Source: Octopus sinensis
Lineage: Eukaryota
Assembly: GCF_006345805.1 (NCBI RefSeq)
Contig: NC_043010.1
Location: forward strand, 19,654,001 to 19,718,000
DNA: 64,000 nucleotides
Direction of reading: 5' to 3'
A model generated the notes under the pieces. That model searched no databases. It was not told the DNA's origin and saw only the letters and a list, made by a program, of their open reading frames with translations. The position numbers were made by a program, and so were the translations under genes. Positions 1 to 13,008 of this stretch are shown here, piece by piece. Numbering within the stretch: the stretch's first letter is position 1; each line of letters starts with the position of its first letter.

Positions 1-19
1 ATAACACATAATTATAATA

Positions 20-244
20 ATAATAATCCTTTCTCCTACAGGCACAAGGCCTGAAATTTTGCGGGAGGGAATAAGTTGATTACATCAATCCCTAGTACTC
101 AACTGGTACTTATTTAATCGACCCCAAAAGGATGAAAGACAAAAAGTCAACCTCAGTGGAATTTGAACTCAGAATGTACCAGCAGACAAAATACTGCTAA
201 GCATTTCACCCAGTGTGCTAACGAGTCTGTCACCTCACCGCCTT
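20..244 (-). mobile_element. SINE family B (central GTCGACTTTGCCTTTCATCC motif, Meta-domain-like; ATT tail)
   Basis: Reverse complement of the copies at 9085, 26678 and 31043. Confidence 0.75.
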
Positions 245-1271
245 AATAATAATAAGTTCTTTATTTAGCACTAAGGGTTCACAAACAACATTGGAGATGG
301 TACAAGACAATACAGTGGGTGGGTTACATAACTAGAAGCTTGTAAAGGATAATGCTGGAGAATGTTTTCTTGGTTTCCATTTATGGAATTAATGCCAATT
401 AGCATGAGATGTCCACATTGTATATGGACAACACTGGGAAGGAATCAAGAATGGTATGATCTGTGTAGAAGTGAATGTTGCAGTGGGTGGGTTGTTTACG
501 TATTAGAGAAAGAGCGGCAAGGGAGAAAATAACCTTGGGGTACTCCAGAGTATGAGTCAACATACCACAATGGTATGATCTTGGATAGGAAGTAACCTGT
601 CCAAAAAATGTGAAATGGATGAGGGCTGCAGCTGGGCAGTTTTGCCAGGAGACATTAATGGCTACAACAGCATTTAGCAGTAATACCTGTGAATGAACAG
701 GACTCTGATTCAGAGAAAAATGCTATTTTTCTTCATTAAACACCACACTACAGCTTTTCAGCAAAGGACATATTGCATTTTGAACTTTGAATATCAGAAA
801 AATTTGTCATGAAGGTCTTTGGTTTTTGCTTCCGCTGCTTAACTTCCACTGCAAGTTCAGTCATATTCGTGACTTGACTTACAATCAAAAGCATTCCAGC
901 TGTGACTGTGTCTTATCTTTCCTTTCAGACACCATAGTTTACCTAGGACTGCATTATCTTATGCATCTTTCCTATTCCTTTAAATGGTGTGTATGATATG
1001 AGAGAGATTTGGTTGCTATTTCTAGGACAAACACCTACACTGCAGCTTCCTCGTTATTGCCATTAGAAGTAAATAATCTTATCAGGAACACTGAAACACA
1101 ACGGCCCTCAAATAATGTGTCATAAATATTAAGCGTTTGTCCTTGACCACATCAGTCAACCCTCACTTTGTCAAATTGGACAATATGTTAGTAATTCATT
1201 CAATTGTTGACGCTATTACCCGTTGTTTGGAATGATTCTCTGATTTTCTTCATGTTCCTCTCCTCTTTCAG

Positions 1272-1345
1272 GTACTGATGCTGGCAAAGAAGTTTCTCAG
1301 GTGAAAACGGAGCAATTAGGTGCAGGCAAGGAGGCGAAGGGGTTG
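1272..1345 (+). CDS. Internal coding exon (TDAGKEVSQVKTEQLGAGKEAKGL), probably an upstream part of the RIMBP-like gene
   Basis: Pyrimidine tract + CAG acceptor at 1271 and GTAAGT donor at 1346. 74 nt, ending in phase 0, which matches the next exon at 3880. Confidence 0.65.
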
Positions 1346-1410
1346 GTAAGTCATTAATCTTTAGTACCTTTCAATAATAATAATAATAATAATAACGATA
1401 ATCATTATTG

Positions 1411-1665
1411 TCATCATTGTTTAACGTCTGCTTTCCATGCTGGCATGGGTTGGACGGTTCAACTGCGGCCTGGGAAGCCAGGGGACTGCACCAGGCCCCA
1501 GTCTGATCTGGCAGTGTTTCTACAACTGGATGCCCTTCCTAACGCCAACCACTCCGTGAGTGTAGTGGGTGCTTTTTACATGCCACCAGCACAAGAGCCA
1601 GAGAAAGCTGGAAACGACCACAATTGGTTGGTATTTTTTATGTGCCACTGGCACAGAAGCCAGTC
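1411..1665 (-). mobile_element. RTE LINE 3' tail fragment
   Basis: Reverse complement of GTGGTTGGCGTTAGGAAGGGCATCCAG...CCAGCATGGA...(GAT)n, the tail of the RTE copies at 11100, 44500 and 51340. Confidence 0.7.
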
Positions 1666-1877
1666 AAGGCAGCACTGTAAATGTAAAAACAGATGTGGAA
1701 ATAGAATCTTTTGGATTAATTCTTGTTGCAAACATTGAATCAAAATGTGAGACATTGCTATGCTGGACATAACGAGAAGTCACCTGTTCAGTTACAAGTG
1801 TATGATTTGAACGATGCAAGAAAGTTTTAGAGACTGAGAAAATAAATTTTTTTTTAATTCTAAAACAAATAACTTAT

Positions 1878-2238
1878 AGGTGCAAGAGTGGCTATGTGGT
1901 AGGTAGTTTGCTTACCAACCATGTGGGTCCAGGTTCAGTCCCACTGCATGGCACCTTGGGCAAGTGTCTTCTACTATAGCCTCGGGCTAACCAAAGCCTT
2001 GTGAGTGGATTTGGTAGACAGAAACTGAAAGAAGTCCGTCGTATGTGTTTGAGTTTGTTCCCCCAACATCACTTGACAATCGATGCTGGTGTGTTTACAT
2101 CCCCATAACTTAGCAGTTTGGCAAAAGAGACCAATAGGCTTACAAAGAACAAGTCCTGGGATCGATTTACTCGATTAAAGGCGATGCTCCAGCATGGCCT
2201 CAGTCAAATGACTGAAACAAATAAAAGAATAAAGAATA
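1878..2238 (+). mobile_element. tRNA-derived SINE family A
   Basis: A-box TGGCTATGTGG, B-box GGTTCAGTCCC, body GGCACCTTGGGCAAGTGTCTTCTACTATAGCC, tail TGACTGAAAC; other copies at 23640, 26041 and 53970. Confidence 0.8.
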
Positions 2239-2242
2239 TATT

Positions 2243-2416
2243 TTAACCCTTCCGTTACTATATTTATTTTGAGATGCTCTGTGTTTCTTTCAATTACTTT
2301 AAATATAACAAAGAATTTAGTAAAATAACTTAGTTATCATCATGTTAGGTTTTTGGTGGAAGATTTGGTGGAAGAGCCAGAAGCACTTTCAGCCAGGTAG
2401 ATATCAAATGGGTTAA
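2243..2416. mobile_element. piggyBac-like MITE (TTAA-CCC...GGG-TTAA), internally deleted
   Basis: TTAA flanks and CCCT/GGG termini; inverted homolog of 52023-52245. Confidence 0.7.
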
Positions 2417-3546
2417 TGTAATTCCCATGTACAGTTTAGTGTGGTGTCCTGCCAAATAGTAGATACCTAATTGTAACACTATGAGAAAACTTTTTGCTTT
2501 TCAATCCGAAGTTAATTTTTATAACCTTTTACAGTTTGTACATCCATGTTTGGTATGTGTGAATAAAAGAATATTCTAATGTGTGAATAAAAGAATATTC
2601 TAGTTGTTCATCCAAATGGAATTTCCTATTCTATGGATTCTAATGAATTTGTGCAGGTTGTTCAGCAGAAATAGAACTCTCATAACAGGAGATTCCATCA
2701 TATCTCTCTCTCTCAGATATATATACTAGCAGCTAAACCCAGTTTCACTCGGTCTGTTTTGATGATGTGGCTGTGATCGTTTTTGGTTAGGCATAATCCA
2801 TAACAGCATTTCTCAACCTTATCATTTCGGTAATCGTATAAAATTTTTACAATAGTTGATTTATGGAAAAGATTGTGTTAAATTTTTGAAATGCAAATAT
2901 GTGAATGAAAATTAAGTTCAGGCCACTACATGGTAGCTAGACCTGGTAGAAATAGCAGCCAAATCTCCCTCAAAACACCCTACTGTCTTAATCCAACAAT
3001 TCTACCTGTAATGTCGTTTGAACGAGAAACTGTAACTAAAGATGAAGATTATTAACCCCAGAAAGAGGTGAAAGTAGGATACCAAACCCTTACCAACTCC
3101 CAGCAAGGTGATATTTGAAATTGGAACATATAGACACACGGCTAAATACTGCCAGGCAGCATTTTGTCTTCCATTTTAACTGTTTCTGCCAATCCAACAC
3201 CCTCAGAGATTTAATTTTACTTATGTCTTATAAAATCCTCTGAGTATCTACTCTCCATCGACTTGTATCTGGCGCAATGCAACAACACTGGGCCTTCTGT
3301 TTATGGATATACTCCATCCCATGCAGTGCCATGCAATTTCTGACTACCAAATGCCACTCCCAAGTCAGCACTTAGGTAAAAAATTTTTTTTAAATCTTGA
3401 CCAAAGTACTGCAGTCAAATCGCATCTGGAACCATGTCATAGGGAACCAAAATCGTTAACGATTCGGTCCCTTTCCCCACCTACCCCCTCCACACACACA
3501 CACATGGTTTGATATTACAAACAAAAGAGGAAGTTATGAGTACATG

Positions 3547-3722
3547 CACTAGTGTAGTTAGAGGGGGGCAGTAGAAGTGGTTCCCCCCCTTGGGCGGAAT
3601 TTTTAAAGGGGTGACACATTTGGGTCTGTTGTAGGCAATATATGTTTTTTTTGTGTGGTCCGGGGTGGGGGCAGCAGACAGAAGGGCCACCCCAGGCAGC
3701 ACGTACTCTAGCTACGCTAGTG
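3547..3722. mobile_element. hAT-like MITE
   Basis: TIRs CACTAGTGTAGTTAGAG / CTCTAGCTACGCTAGTG; imperfect 8-bp TSD AGTACATG/AGTATATA. Confidence 0.55.
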
Positions 3723-3879
3723 AGTATATATGTTGTGTCTAGTTGATGAATTGTGAAAGCCAAGGCCAGGTATATCTGAAAAGGTATACATCTAAATTCA
3801 AGCTGGATAAACTCTCTCTCTCTCTCTCTCACACACACACATGTCTAACCTCTTTTTTTTTTTGTTCTTTTTATTCTAG

Positions 3880-4485
3880 TGTTCAAAAACTCCCTGTCTA
3901 TTCAACAAAGCATCTAAATCTGATCGAAAGAAAGTAATTAAAGAGCTAATTAATAGTCTCTCGTCGGAAGACTTGGTGGTGGTGGCCCAGATCCTTAAAC
4001 AACGATTGGATAAAGGAAAGGTGAAGAAGAGGGCACCGAAAGACCAATTGAATCCTTCAATGAGCAATGAACAAAAGGAATTTGAAGAAATCGAAGTAGA
4101 TATGTGGCTGTCTTCTGAAGATGAAGATGGAAATAAACAGCCAAGTACTGAGGTGGAACAGGTGCAGGCCGGCACCGATTCCGTTTCAAATGCTGCTGCT
4201 GCTGCACTGCCATGCACGGCATCAAATACAGCAACAGCAGCAGATGAAACCAAAACAAGCACAGAAGATGATGAATGGAAGCCACCTTTGCCGAAAACCC
4301 CTCCTCCCGACCAGCCACCGACGCTCCTTGAAGAACCTGAGGTAATTTTCGTTGACAATAATGACGTCACTGACAAACATTTAATTGAAGCCGAGTCAAC
4401 TCTACCCTCGGCAGCGGCGGCAACCGTTAGCCAACAGCAACACATGCCACAAACAGCCAACACAAATGACCAATCAAAACAACAG
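3880..4485 (+). CDS. Large coding exon (202 codons, acidic/Pro/Ala-rich); splices at 4485 or reads through to a TGA at 4534-4536
   Basis: Long T tract + TAG acceptor at 3879; in frame with ORF 3973-4536. The CAG|GTTGGT donor is phase 0, compatible with exon 18734. Confidence 0.75.
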
Positions 4486-4893
4486 GTTGGTACCCCCCAA
4501 CTCAGTGATGTTATCCCCTCCCTCGTCTCTACTTGACCTCTGACACCATCAGCATGTCTAGTGGGCTTTTTTTTCTGTTGGCCATTTCCATTTATCTACA
4601 CCCTCGTTTTTGGACTCAGCTGCCATTAGTTTGTTTTATACATACATGTCTGCATGTTTGAGTGTCTGTGTGTGTGTGTGTGTATATATATACACACACA
4701 CACACACGGACCACCATAGACTGTGGGTGAAGCATGTTGCTTTGGTTCATTTTGTTTGTTTTTTTTTTTTAATTTATTCTATGAACAAAAACATCTTTTT
4801 ATAAAAAAAAAGTTATAAAAGCATCCACTCACACTCACTAACCATGTATACACAAGCACACATGCACATATACACACACACACACACACACAC

Positions 4894-5056
4894 GGTTCTT
4901 GTAGTTACTTCTGTATAATGGTTTCAGCAGATTATTTGTCATTGAGACAAAAGTCTTCTGAATATTCTGGATTCCCGAATAGAACAGCATTCAAACCGTG
5001 AATACAGGCAGTGTGTGTGTACATACATACATACACACACACACACACATATATAT

Positions 5057-5092
<36 letters not shown>

Positions 5093-5216
5093 TTCTTGTA
5101 GTTACTTCTGTATAATGGTTTCAGCAGATTATTTGTCATTGAGACAAAAGTCTTCTGAATATTCTGGATTCCCGAATAGAACAGCATTCAAACCGTGAAT
5201 ACAGGCAGTGTGTGTG

Positions 5217-5248
<32 letters not shown>

Positions 5249-5255
5249 TATATAT

Positions 5256-5292
<37 letters not shown>
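4894..5292. repeat. Two-copy tandem duplication, 197-bp period, bounded by (CA)n
   Basis: Identical unique segment starts at 4894 and at 5091. Confidence 0.9.
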
Positions 5293-5293
<1 letters not shown>

Positions 5294-7099
5294 CATTGTA
5301 GAAGACTCGTTCCAAGGGCATACTGAGTGCTTATGTTTCTACGTGAAAATAAAAGCTGCATTTAACGATATTGTTTACACTGTGTGTGTGTGTGTGTGAT
5401 AAAACAGATGCCCAGATATTTTTCTTTTTAATATAAAATTATAATTTTTTTTTTATATAAGTTAGTTAAATAAGTTCTAAATTGTCCCCCTTCCTCTCTC
5501 TTCTCTGCGTGTAAATATGGTCAGATAATGTTTGGAGTGTGAATGTTGGTGGATTAAACCGGTCAATAGAGACTGGACTGGACTGTTGGTAAAACAAATT
5601 TATGAAATGATGAAGGGGTCTATGTAAGTAGAACAGGACATAACTGTGTATAAGGGAGAGAAAGATCAATCAGTGAATGGCAGGCAAAAACTCTCTCTTA
5701 ATTGCTCTTTCTATCACCCTTACTCTTTCTTCTCTTTATCTCTCACTTCGGTCCTCTTCTATTTCCCTGCAGAGACACTTTTATCATTTAATATAAATTG
5801 TTTTTAGACAATCTAAAGTTGTTTTGAGAAATCAACTGAAAACTGAAACACCTCAGTCAGTAATGGGTGAATGCTTTGTTATAAATGTGTTATAAATGTG
5901 TTATAAATGAACACCATCTAATGAATGAATAATGGTTTGTGTCATGAGTACATCTACATGTTTGTATTTCAAATTCCTGTCAGGGTCCACAATGCCCTGT
6001 TATGTCTTTTGGGGGTCAATAAATACCAGTCATAATCTAGGAAGAAGAGAGCTTCAATCAAAACAATTATTTATACACAAAAAAAATGTTTTTTTTTTCT
6101 AGTCAAAATCCTATCTAATCAAATCAATATTTTAAATGTAATCAGATGAAGGGAAATTGCTTTTCAAAAGAATTTTCCCATTTTTTTGTTTGTATTTTCT
6201 TATTACAGACTTTTGTTTTGCATTGTTTTTGTTTTTTGTTGTTGTTAGGCATTTTTTTTTTTTTTGCTTTATATTTTTGCTATTTTGGTCTGATGGAATT
6301 ACTCTTTTATGACTAAAACTGGAAATAAAATCTTTGGAGAGGTATTGACACACATGCAAACACACACATATACCAGTGATTAACTGGGATTAGTTCAGTC
6401 AACTCGACTGTTCCCTGTAAATAAATATGTTTTCTGTGCCTTAATCTATGGTGGGTAGTAGCGATGGTGTTTGATATGGTAATATAATGACCACGGTTCA
6501 AGTCAGTATTTGTCTGTATAACTGGGACTGAAACACAAAACAAAATGTTTTTGTAACAAAGAAAGTTGAAATTTTTTTAATTTTTGTTTTGTTGTTGAAC
6601 AATACCTGTTTTTTTGGTGTTATATTTTAGTTGATTTAGTGTGTGTTTTATAGGTATATAAATGTATATATATATATATATGTATTTAGTTATGTGTGTA
6701 TCCACATATACATGTGCGTTGTAGGAATGGTCAAGAAGTACCCTTTGGAACAATGTGGAGAAATCATAATTAAGATTATTATTAAAATAACAAAACTGTG
6801 ATATCATTAAAACTGACAATATACCTTGACCCAAGAAACAAATTTTTTTTAAATATCTTAAAATTTCAACTTAATTTTCCAGAAATATGAATAAAAATGA
6901 TTACAATTTACTTTTTATTGCTTTATGAAAGATTCATGTTAACCATTCAAAACCACACAGAAGACTTTAACATTTATTGTTTGGTGTCAAAATTTTCATC
7001 ACACCAACTGCAACCTGGTCACTGACATGATTCCATTGTGTCTGTGTGAAGTTAATAATCATTGTGTGTATTAATGGATGGCTGATATGTGTGTCTTCC

Positions 7100-9080
7100 A
7101 TCCTATAACTGATTTAGTTTCCACACATGGATCCGAATCAAGTTAGTGGCTAGACAAGGACACCTCTAAAATTTTATTTCTCCTCTCATCCCAAATACAA
7201 ATTGCTGTGAAAGTCTATTTCAATCCACCTTCACCATTTCCAGCATCTCAGTTCAGTTTTATAACTTGGAAATTTAAATTCTATCTCTCAGCTTTCCTTA
7301 TCTCAACATCCTCCACCTCTTCATACTTTACATAAGAGATGAGAGTAGACAAAAAAAATTGATTTGGACTACATCGTGGGTAGAGGTATTTTCAAGTACC
7401 AGTGATATACTGGGGGCTGGTTTGGGTTTTTTTTTTTCCTTTTGTTTACATCTTGCATATCTACAGTTTGCTCTCTCACGCATACACACACATACATATA
7501 ATTCTCAGCCAACAAATGCCACACAGTGGAATACAGTATTTTGTCCAATGCCACCCATTGATGGATTCCATATGATTTAGTTACAAAATAAACTTTTTCC
7601 CTTCCTTTACGTTTGTGCTTCTGCTTGTTTGTGCTGTTGTTACCATTTCTTGCTTTTCTTTTGTGTTGCATTTCTTCAATCTTTATCTGTTGGGAAAATG
7701 TTTCCTCTTGTACAGCTCTCAGCACTTCTCCTCCTCCTCATTTCTACCAGCTTACCTTTGCTAAACAACAACAACCAACTGTACAGTAAAAGCACTCTCA
7801 TTCCATCAAACATTGGTAGCGATAAAGGCAGCTTCTAGAACTTTCTGGAAAATTCTTGTATTAGCATTAGTCATTTCCAATACTGACATTTCACTTTTGT
7901 TTCCTTTGTGCCTTTACCTATTGCTATGAGTATACTAATAGAAACTGCAGATTGCTGTCAGTCTATGATATGTGGCATCAACCAGATGTAGAGGTTAACA
8001 GAGCTGCCTGTTTATGCTGACAGATGGACATTAGCTCTGATTTTCTGTTTAAGTTAGATCTTGGGCTGTACAGTATATGTCTCCACCAAATAGATATTGT
8101 ATCATTCTGTATTCCTGAAAGGTGCTGCTACATGATTTTCATGAAGGTTAGAATGTCCCCTATTTTGTCTCTGTACCATATTTTCTTGGAGAACAATGTT
8201 TGAAGAAGCCAGAGTGTTGGTACAAATTTTTAAAGATATTCTTCATTTGGTTGATCTACGTCTTTTTTTTTTTTTCCTGTCTGTCTGGCGTTAGAGCAGT
8301 CAATGAGAATCATTTTCTTCAAGCAGGATTTATCTAAGAGAGAATGACAAGTATTGGAATTGATTCAGTCAACAGTTCCTCTCTCTTCAAATATGCGACC
8401 ATTTTTTTTTTTTTATAATTATGTCTGGGGTCGCTTATCTTAATGGTACAAAGCACTCAGCAATAATTTGAGAGGTGCAGAGTTTGATTCTTTGTAGCAG
8501 CTTGCTGGCCACTTTTCTCAAGGCAGTGCTCCAGCATGACCACACTTTAATGACTGAAACAAGTAAAAATTAAAAAGATAATTCCATGTAGTTTTGGAAT
8601 GTTAGGAGACTGAAATAGTTTCTTCCTGTTTAGAAATATTTGGTTTATTAGAGAAAGGAACTGGTTTACCATACATGTCCTGTCATTCATATTGAATGGT
8701 TATTTAATTTCGTCCCATGTTGTTCCTTCTATTTTTGTTGGGTGTTTGGCTGTTATTTACTTCTTTGTATCATATACGCCAATGCCAGCTTGTAATGCCC
8801 TGCTCCTATGGTAAATACTGCTTTGTTTGAGCATAATTTCCAGTTCAACGATTCGATGCCCTAATTTCCTGTCTTCATCAGTGAATTACAATTTGTAATT
8901 GTCATTCTCAAATCATGTTTTATATTTTATTTATTCAATACTTCCAGCTAGATTGCCAACATTCTTTGCAGTATTGCAATTGTTTCTAATAGTTTTTGGA
9001 GGCAATTCCCTTTTAATTTCTCTTCTAGTTAACCATTTATTGCATCTATCACATGGTATTACATCTACTCCCTGTTTTAG
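7100..9080 (-). mobile_element. Highly decayed L1/Tx1-like LINE remnant
   Basis: The minus strand gives QYLFGGDIYC (APE GGDFNC-like, 8064-8099) and LCK.RGG-like motifs; many stops. Confidence 0.35.
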
Positions 9081-9084
9081 TTAA

Positions 9085-9272
9085 CGGTATTTCATCTGTT
9101 GCTATGTTCTGAGTTCAAATTCCGCCGAGGTCGACTTTGCCTTTTATCCTTTTCGGGTCGATTAAATAAGTACCAGTTATGCACTGGGGTCAATATAATC
9201 GACTTAATCTGTTTGTCTGTCCTTGTTTGTCCTCTCTGTGTTTAGCCCCTTGTGGGTAGTAAAGAAATAGGT
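9085..9272 (+). mobile_element. SINE family B, 5'-truncated
   Basis: GTTCTGAGTTCAAATTCCGCCGAGGTCGACTTTGCC...AAGTACCAG. Confidence 0.75.
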
Positions 9273-10204
9273 TTATCTATCAACATCCATTTGTGTAGCT
9301 TCATGACAATGAAACACGGGTGTTTGATGTGAAAACTTTTAATTATTTTGATTTGCCGAGGGGTTTCTGCAAAGGACCACCTGTGGTTTGAACTAGTTCC
9401 ATCAGTGAACAGAACCACCTGTGTGTGCGTGTCTGGTTAGTACTGGTTTCCATCTGTGTGCCATACCTCTCCCTCAATACTAATTACACTTCTAAACTCC
9501 AATTCTCTTATACAATCTGTTACGTTAACCTCTCTACCTTTTCCTCTCTTCTGCTTTATGTCCTGAAACCACTTCCATGTTTGTTCGTTACTGTTATTGT
9601 TGGTGTCATTCACTAATAGTGGATTGTTTTGTTTAAACCCTATTAAGTCTGGCTAAACCTGTTATAAACACGTCTTTGTAACCTGTGCTGCTTATTGCAT
9701 GTAGTTAGAAGAAGCTGTTCCAAACATTTATATGCTTCCAACGTGTCAATATATTTCCACGTGTCTTATTATTAGTTCTTGTGCTGTGTCATGTCTTTAC
9801 ATAATCTGTTGCCTACCATTCTGTCCAGTACCAACTAACAAGTGTTCTCTGTCTTACTGCTTATAGCACAAACTGTGGAATCTTTGTTTTTTGTTTTGTT
9901 TTGGTTTTTATTTTTGCCTTTTTTTCTTTGGTTTGCTGACCATTGATATTTTATTTATTTTTTACTGCATTTTTGCAAACCCATTAAGGGGTTGTGGTTG
10001 TGAACTCATCACAGATTTTTTTGTGTTGTTATTATTAATATTATTAATATTATTATTATCATTATTATTATTATTATTATTAAGTATTTTTATTTATGTA
10101 TATATTTTGACATACTGAATCATGTCTCCTAGTTATTGGTAAACATTGTTTTTTTTTTGTTATTGATTTTTATTCTTTTCATAGTTTGCTTTTTTTCCCT
10201 CTTG

Positions 10205-10237
<33 letters not shown>

Positions 10238-10372
10238 ATGTGTGTGTGTATGTATGTAAGGATCAATAAGTCATGTTATTCATATGTATATATTTTATTA
10301 TCATTATTCATATTTATATATAATCATTACATCATGCTTTTTCTCTCTGAATGCCCCTCTCTGCCCCCCTCT

Positions 10373-10406
<34 letters not shown>

Positions 10407-10529
10407 ATATATATATATTGTGTGTGTGTTATACTGTATATATGGTTATATACGAGTCTGAGTGTGTGTGTGCAGCTGATTTTGTAAATCTATGTGTGGG
10501 AAATGTGAAATATATGTAATATACATAAT

Positions 10530-11125
10530 GCGGAAGCGAGATCGTGTTAGACTGATGAGAACAACAGGTAGAACAGCCAGAGGTTGATGGAGGAAAGAGG
10601 AGGTGGTGATCCTCCGTGAGGCCCAAAGTTTGAAGCATGATCTTTGAACTTTGGGCCTCACAGAGTCAATGACTAGTGAGCGAGGCCTTTAACAATATGC
10701 TGTGCTTCAGAAGATCCATCAAGCCAAATGAAATTCTAGTTTGTGGCTGATGCTGGTGTCACGTAACTGGCACCTGTGCCAGTGGCATGTGAAAAGAATC
10801 TTTTGAGTTTGGGCCTTACTGAGGTGGCAGAGCTCCTTTCAAGTGTTGAGCCCACTGGCATTATATTGTGCCTGAGAAGAAAACCCATCAAGCCGAGCAA
10901 AATCACAGTTGTGGCAGATACCAGTGTCATGCTAATGGTATTCCGTGCTGGTGGCACATAAGAGCACCCATAACACTCTCAGAGTGGTTGGTGTTAGGAA
11001 GGATATCCAGCCATAGAAAATTATGCCAAATCAGACTGGGGGACTTGGTGCAGCCTTTCAGCTTGCCAACCCTGGTCAAACTGTCCAACCCATACCAGCA
11101 TGGACAACGGACACTAAATGATGAA
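10530..11125 (+). mobile_element. RTE LINE 3' end and tail
   Basis: Homologous to 44000-44510 (GTGAAGCATGATCTTTGAAC, CCCATCAAGCC repeats, GAT tail). Confidence 0.7.
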
Positions 11126-11465
11126 TGTAAATTATGTATATACATATCTACACAAATGTGTTGATGTGGTGTGCATATATAAATGCAGGTTAAGATATTT
11201 GTATATTTTGTTGTGTCTACTCATAAGACAAGAAAGAATGAATGTTGTGAGTGTGTGTGAGCGCATATACACACACATACACATGCATATATACACATAA
11301 AAATATCCGGAATTTCTCATGTTCTAGTTGTACACAATTTTCTAAACCGAAGACATTTGATTCCATTATTTCCCTCTCTCTCCCCCCCCCCTCTCTTTGA
11401 AACAAACTAAAATAATCATTCTTTTCCTCTGAAATAAAGTCATTAACCAAATATACAGGTGGTAT

Positions 11466-11494
<29 letters not shown>

Positions 11495-11497
<3 letters not shown>

Positions 11498-12650
11498 ATT
11501 CTACCAAGTTCAACTTTTCTTTTCATCCTTTCGGAGTCAATAAGTACCAGTTGCGTACTGGGGACAATATAATCAACTAGCCCCTTCCCCACAAATTTCA
11601 GGCCCTGTGCCTCTAGTAGAAAGAATTGTTGTTGTTGTTATTAAGGTGACAAGCTTGCAAAGCCTTTTAGCATGTTGGTCGAAAATGCTTAGTGACCTTT
11701 CTTCCTGCTCTTTACACCTGAGTTCAAATCCCGCTCAGGTCAATATGCCTTTCATCTTTTTCAGGGTTGATAGAATTGAGTGTGTAGCACCAATATTATC
11801 GACTTGTCCCACTCCACTCAAATGGGTTGGCTATGTACCTAAATGAGAATGTATCGTTGTTGTTAATAAGATGTTGGAAACAAAATGCCTTGTGGTATTT
11901 GTTCCAGTTGTTCTGAGTTAAAAATCCCTCTGAGCTCAGCTTCAGTTTCCCTCCTTTGGCGACCAATAAAGCACTTGTCCATTTCTGGGGTCGGTGTCTA
12001 ACTCCCTCCCCTTAAAATTACTTGGCTTGTGTCTGAAGTTAGAACCACTGATCTTATTATTATTCTGGCCAAATGGTTAGCATGCCGGACAAAATGCCTG
12101 GCAGCATTTCATCCATCTTTATGTTCTGAGTTCAAATTCTGCTGAGGTCGATTTTACCTTTCATCTATTTGGGAGTTGATAAAACAAGTACCAGTCATAT
12201 ACTGGGGTCAATGTAATTGACTTATCCCTGCTGTTGAAATTGCTGGCCTTGTGGTGAGCTGGAAAAATGCTTAGCAGTATTTTTTGTAGCTCTTTGCATT
12301 CTGAGCTCAAATTCCACCAAAGACAGCTTTACCTTCCATCTTTCGGGGGCTGGTAAAATAAGTATGAAGAATTTGGGGGAGTTATGTAATTGACTTTTGC
12401 TCCCCTCCAAAATTCTGGTCTTTTGCCAAGATTAAAAGGGATCTGTTGAAGGTTGCAAGCTGGCAGAATCATTAGCATGTCAGGCAAAGTATTTAACATT
12501 ATTTCCTCCAGCTTTACGTTCCGAGTTCAAATTCTGTCTGAGTTGACTTTGCCTTTCATACTTTCGGGGGTCGATAAAGTAAGTACCACTCAGCTACCCC
12601 CTCCCACAAAAATCCAGGCCTCGTGCCTATAGTAGAAAAGATTATTATTA
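11495..12650 (+). mobile_element. Tandem cluster of about six SINE family B copies
   Basis: Repeated GAGTTCAAATTC...TTTGCCTTTCATC...AAGTACCAG units separated by ATT/GTT tails. Confidence 0.75.
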
Positions 12651-13008
12651 TTACCTCTGCCTTAGTGAAGGCAGAGGTATTGTTTTCAGTCATGTTTGTT
12701 TGTCTGTGGACAAGATATCTCAAGAACTGCTGGATGATTTAGATGAAACTTTCAGGGGTGTTTGGCCTCGTAACTGGCATGGGCTGATTAGATTTTGGGA
12801 TCAATCCAGTACCAGACAAGGATTCTGGATTATTTTTCCTGTTTTTTTACTTAATTTTTGAGAACGGTCAAGTTCATTTTTAGTATTCTCATTAGTGAGA
12901 GCAGTTGAGTTTATTTCAGATATTCTCATTTTAAAAATCATCTCTTGCTAATCGTTGAGAGGACATTGGTGTTGCCTTGGCAGAGGTTTGCACTCTCTGA
13001 GTGCTCTT
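12651..13008 (+). mobile_element. Non-autonomous Helentron (HINE/DINE-1-like)
   Basis: 5' subTIR ACCTCTGCC with an adjacent inverted copy GGCAGAGGT, a GTTT/GTCT microsatellite, 3' subTIR GGCAGAGGT and terminal hairpin GCACTC-TCT-GAGTGC; inserted in (ATT)n. Confidence 0.7.

Noticed and set aside
1878-1950. tRNA gene
   Set aside because: A/B boxes continue into a multi-copy SINE body, with no acceptor stem or terminator.
3876-4463. 195-aa minus-strand ORF
   Set aside because: Antisense shadow of the + strand exon, which has proper splice signals.
8840-8890. Minus-strand CUGAUGA...GAAU motif
   Set aside because: No convincing stem II and no GAAA; lies inside a putative LINE remnant.
9369-9410. 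Minus-strand hammerhead-like CUGAUG-GAAC-UA-GUUC-AAA-CCAC-AG-GUGG-UC
   Set aside because: Both core boxes are defective and there is no stem I pairing; cannot be distinguished from chance.
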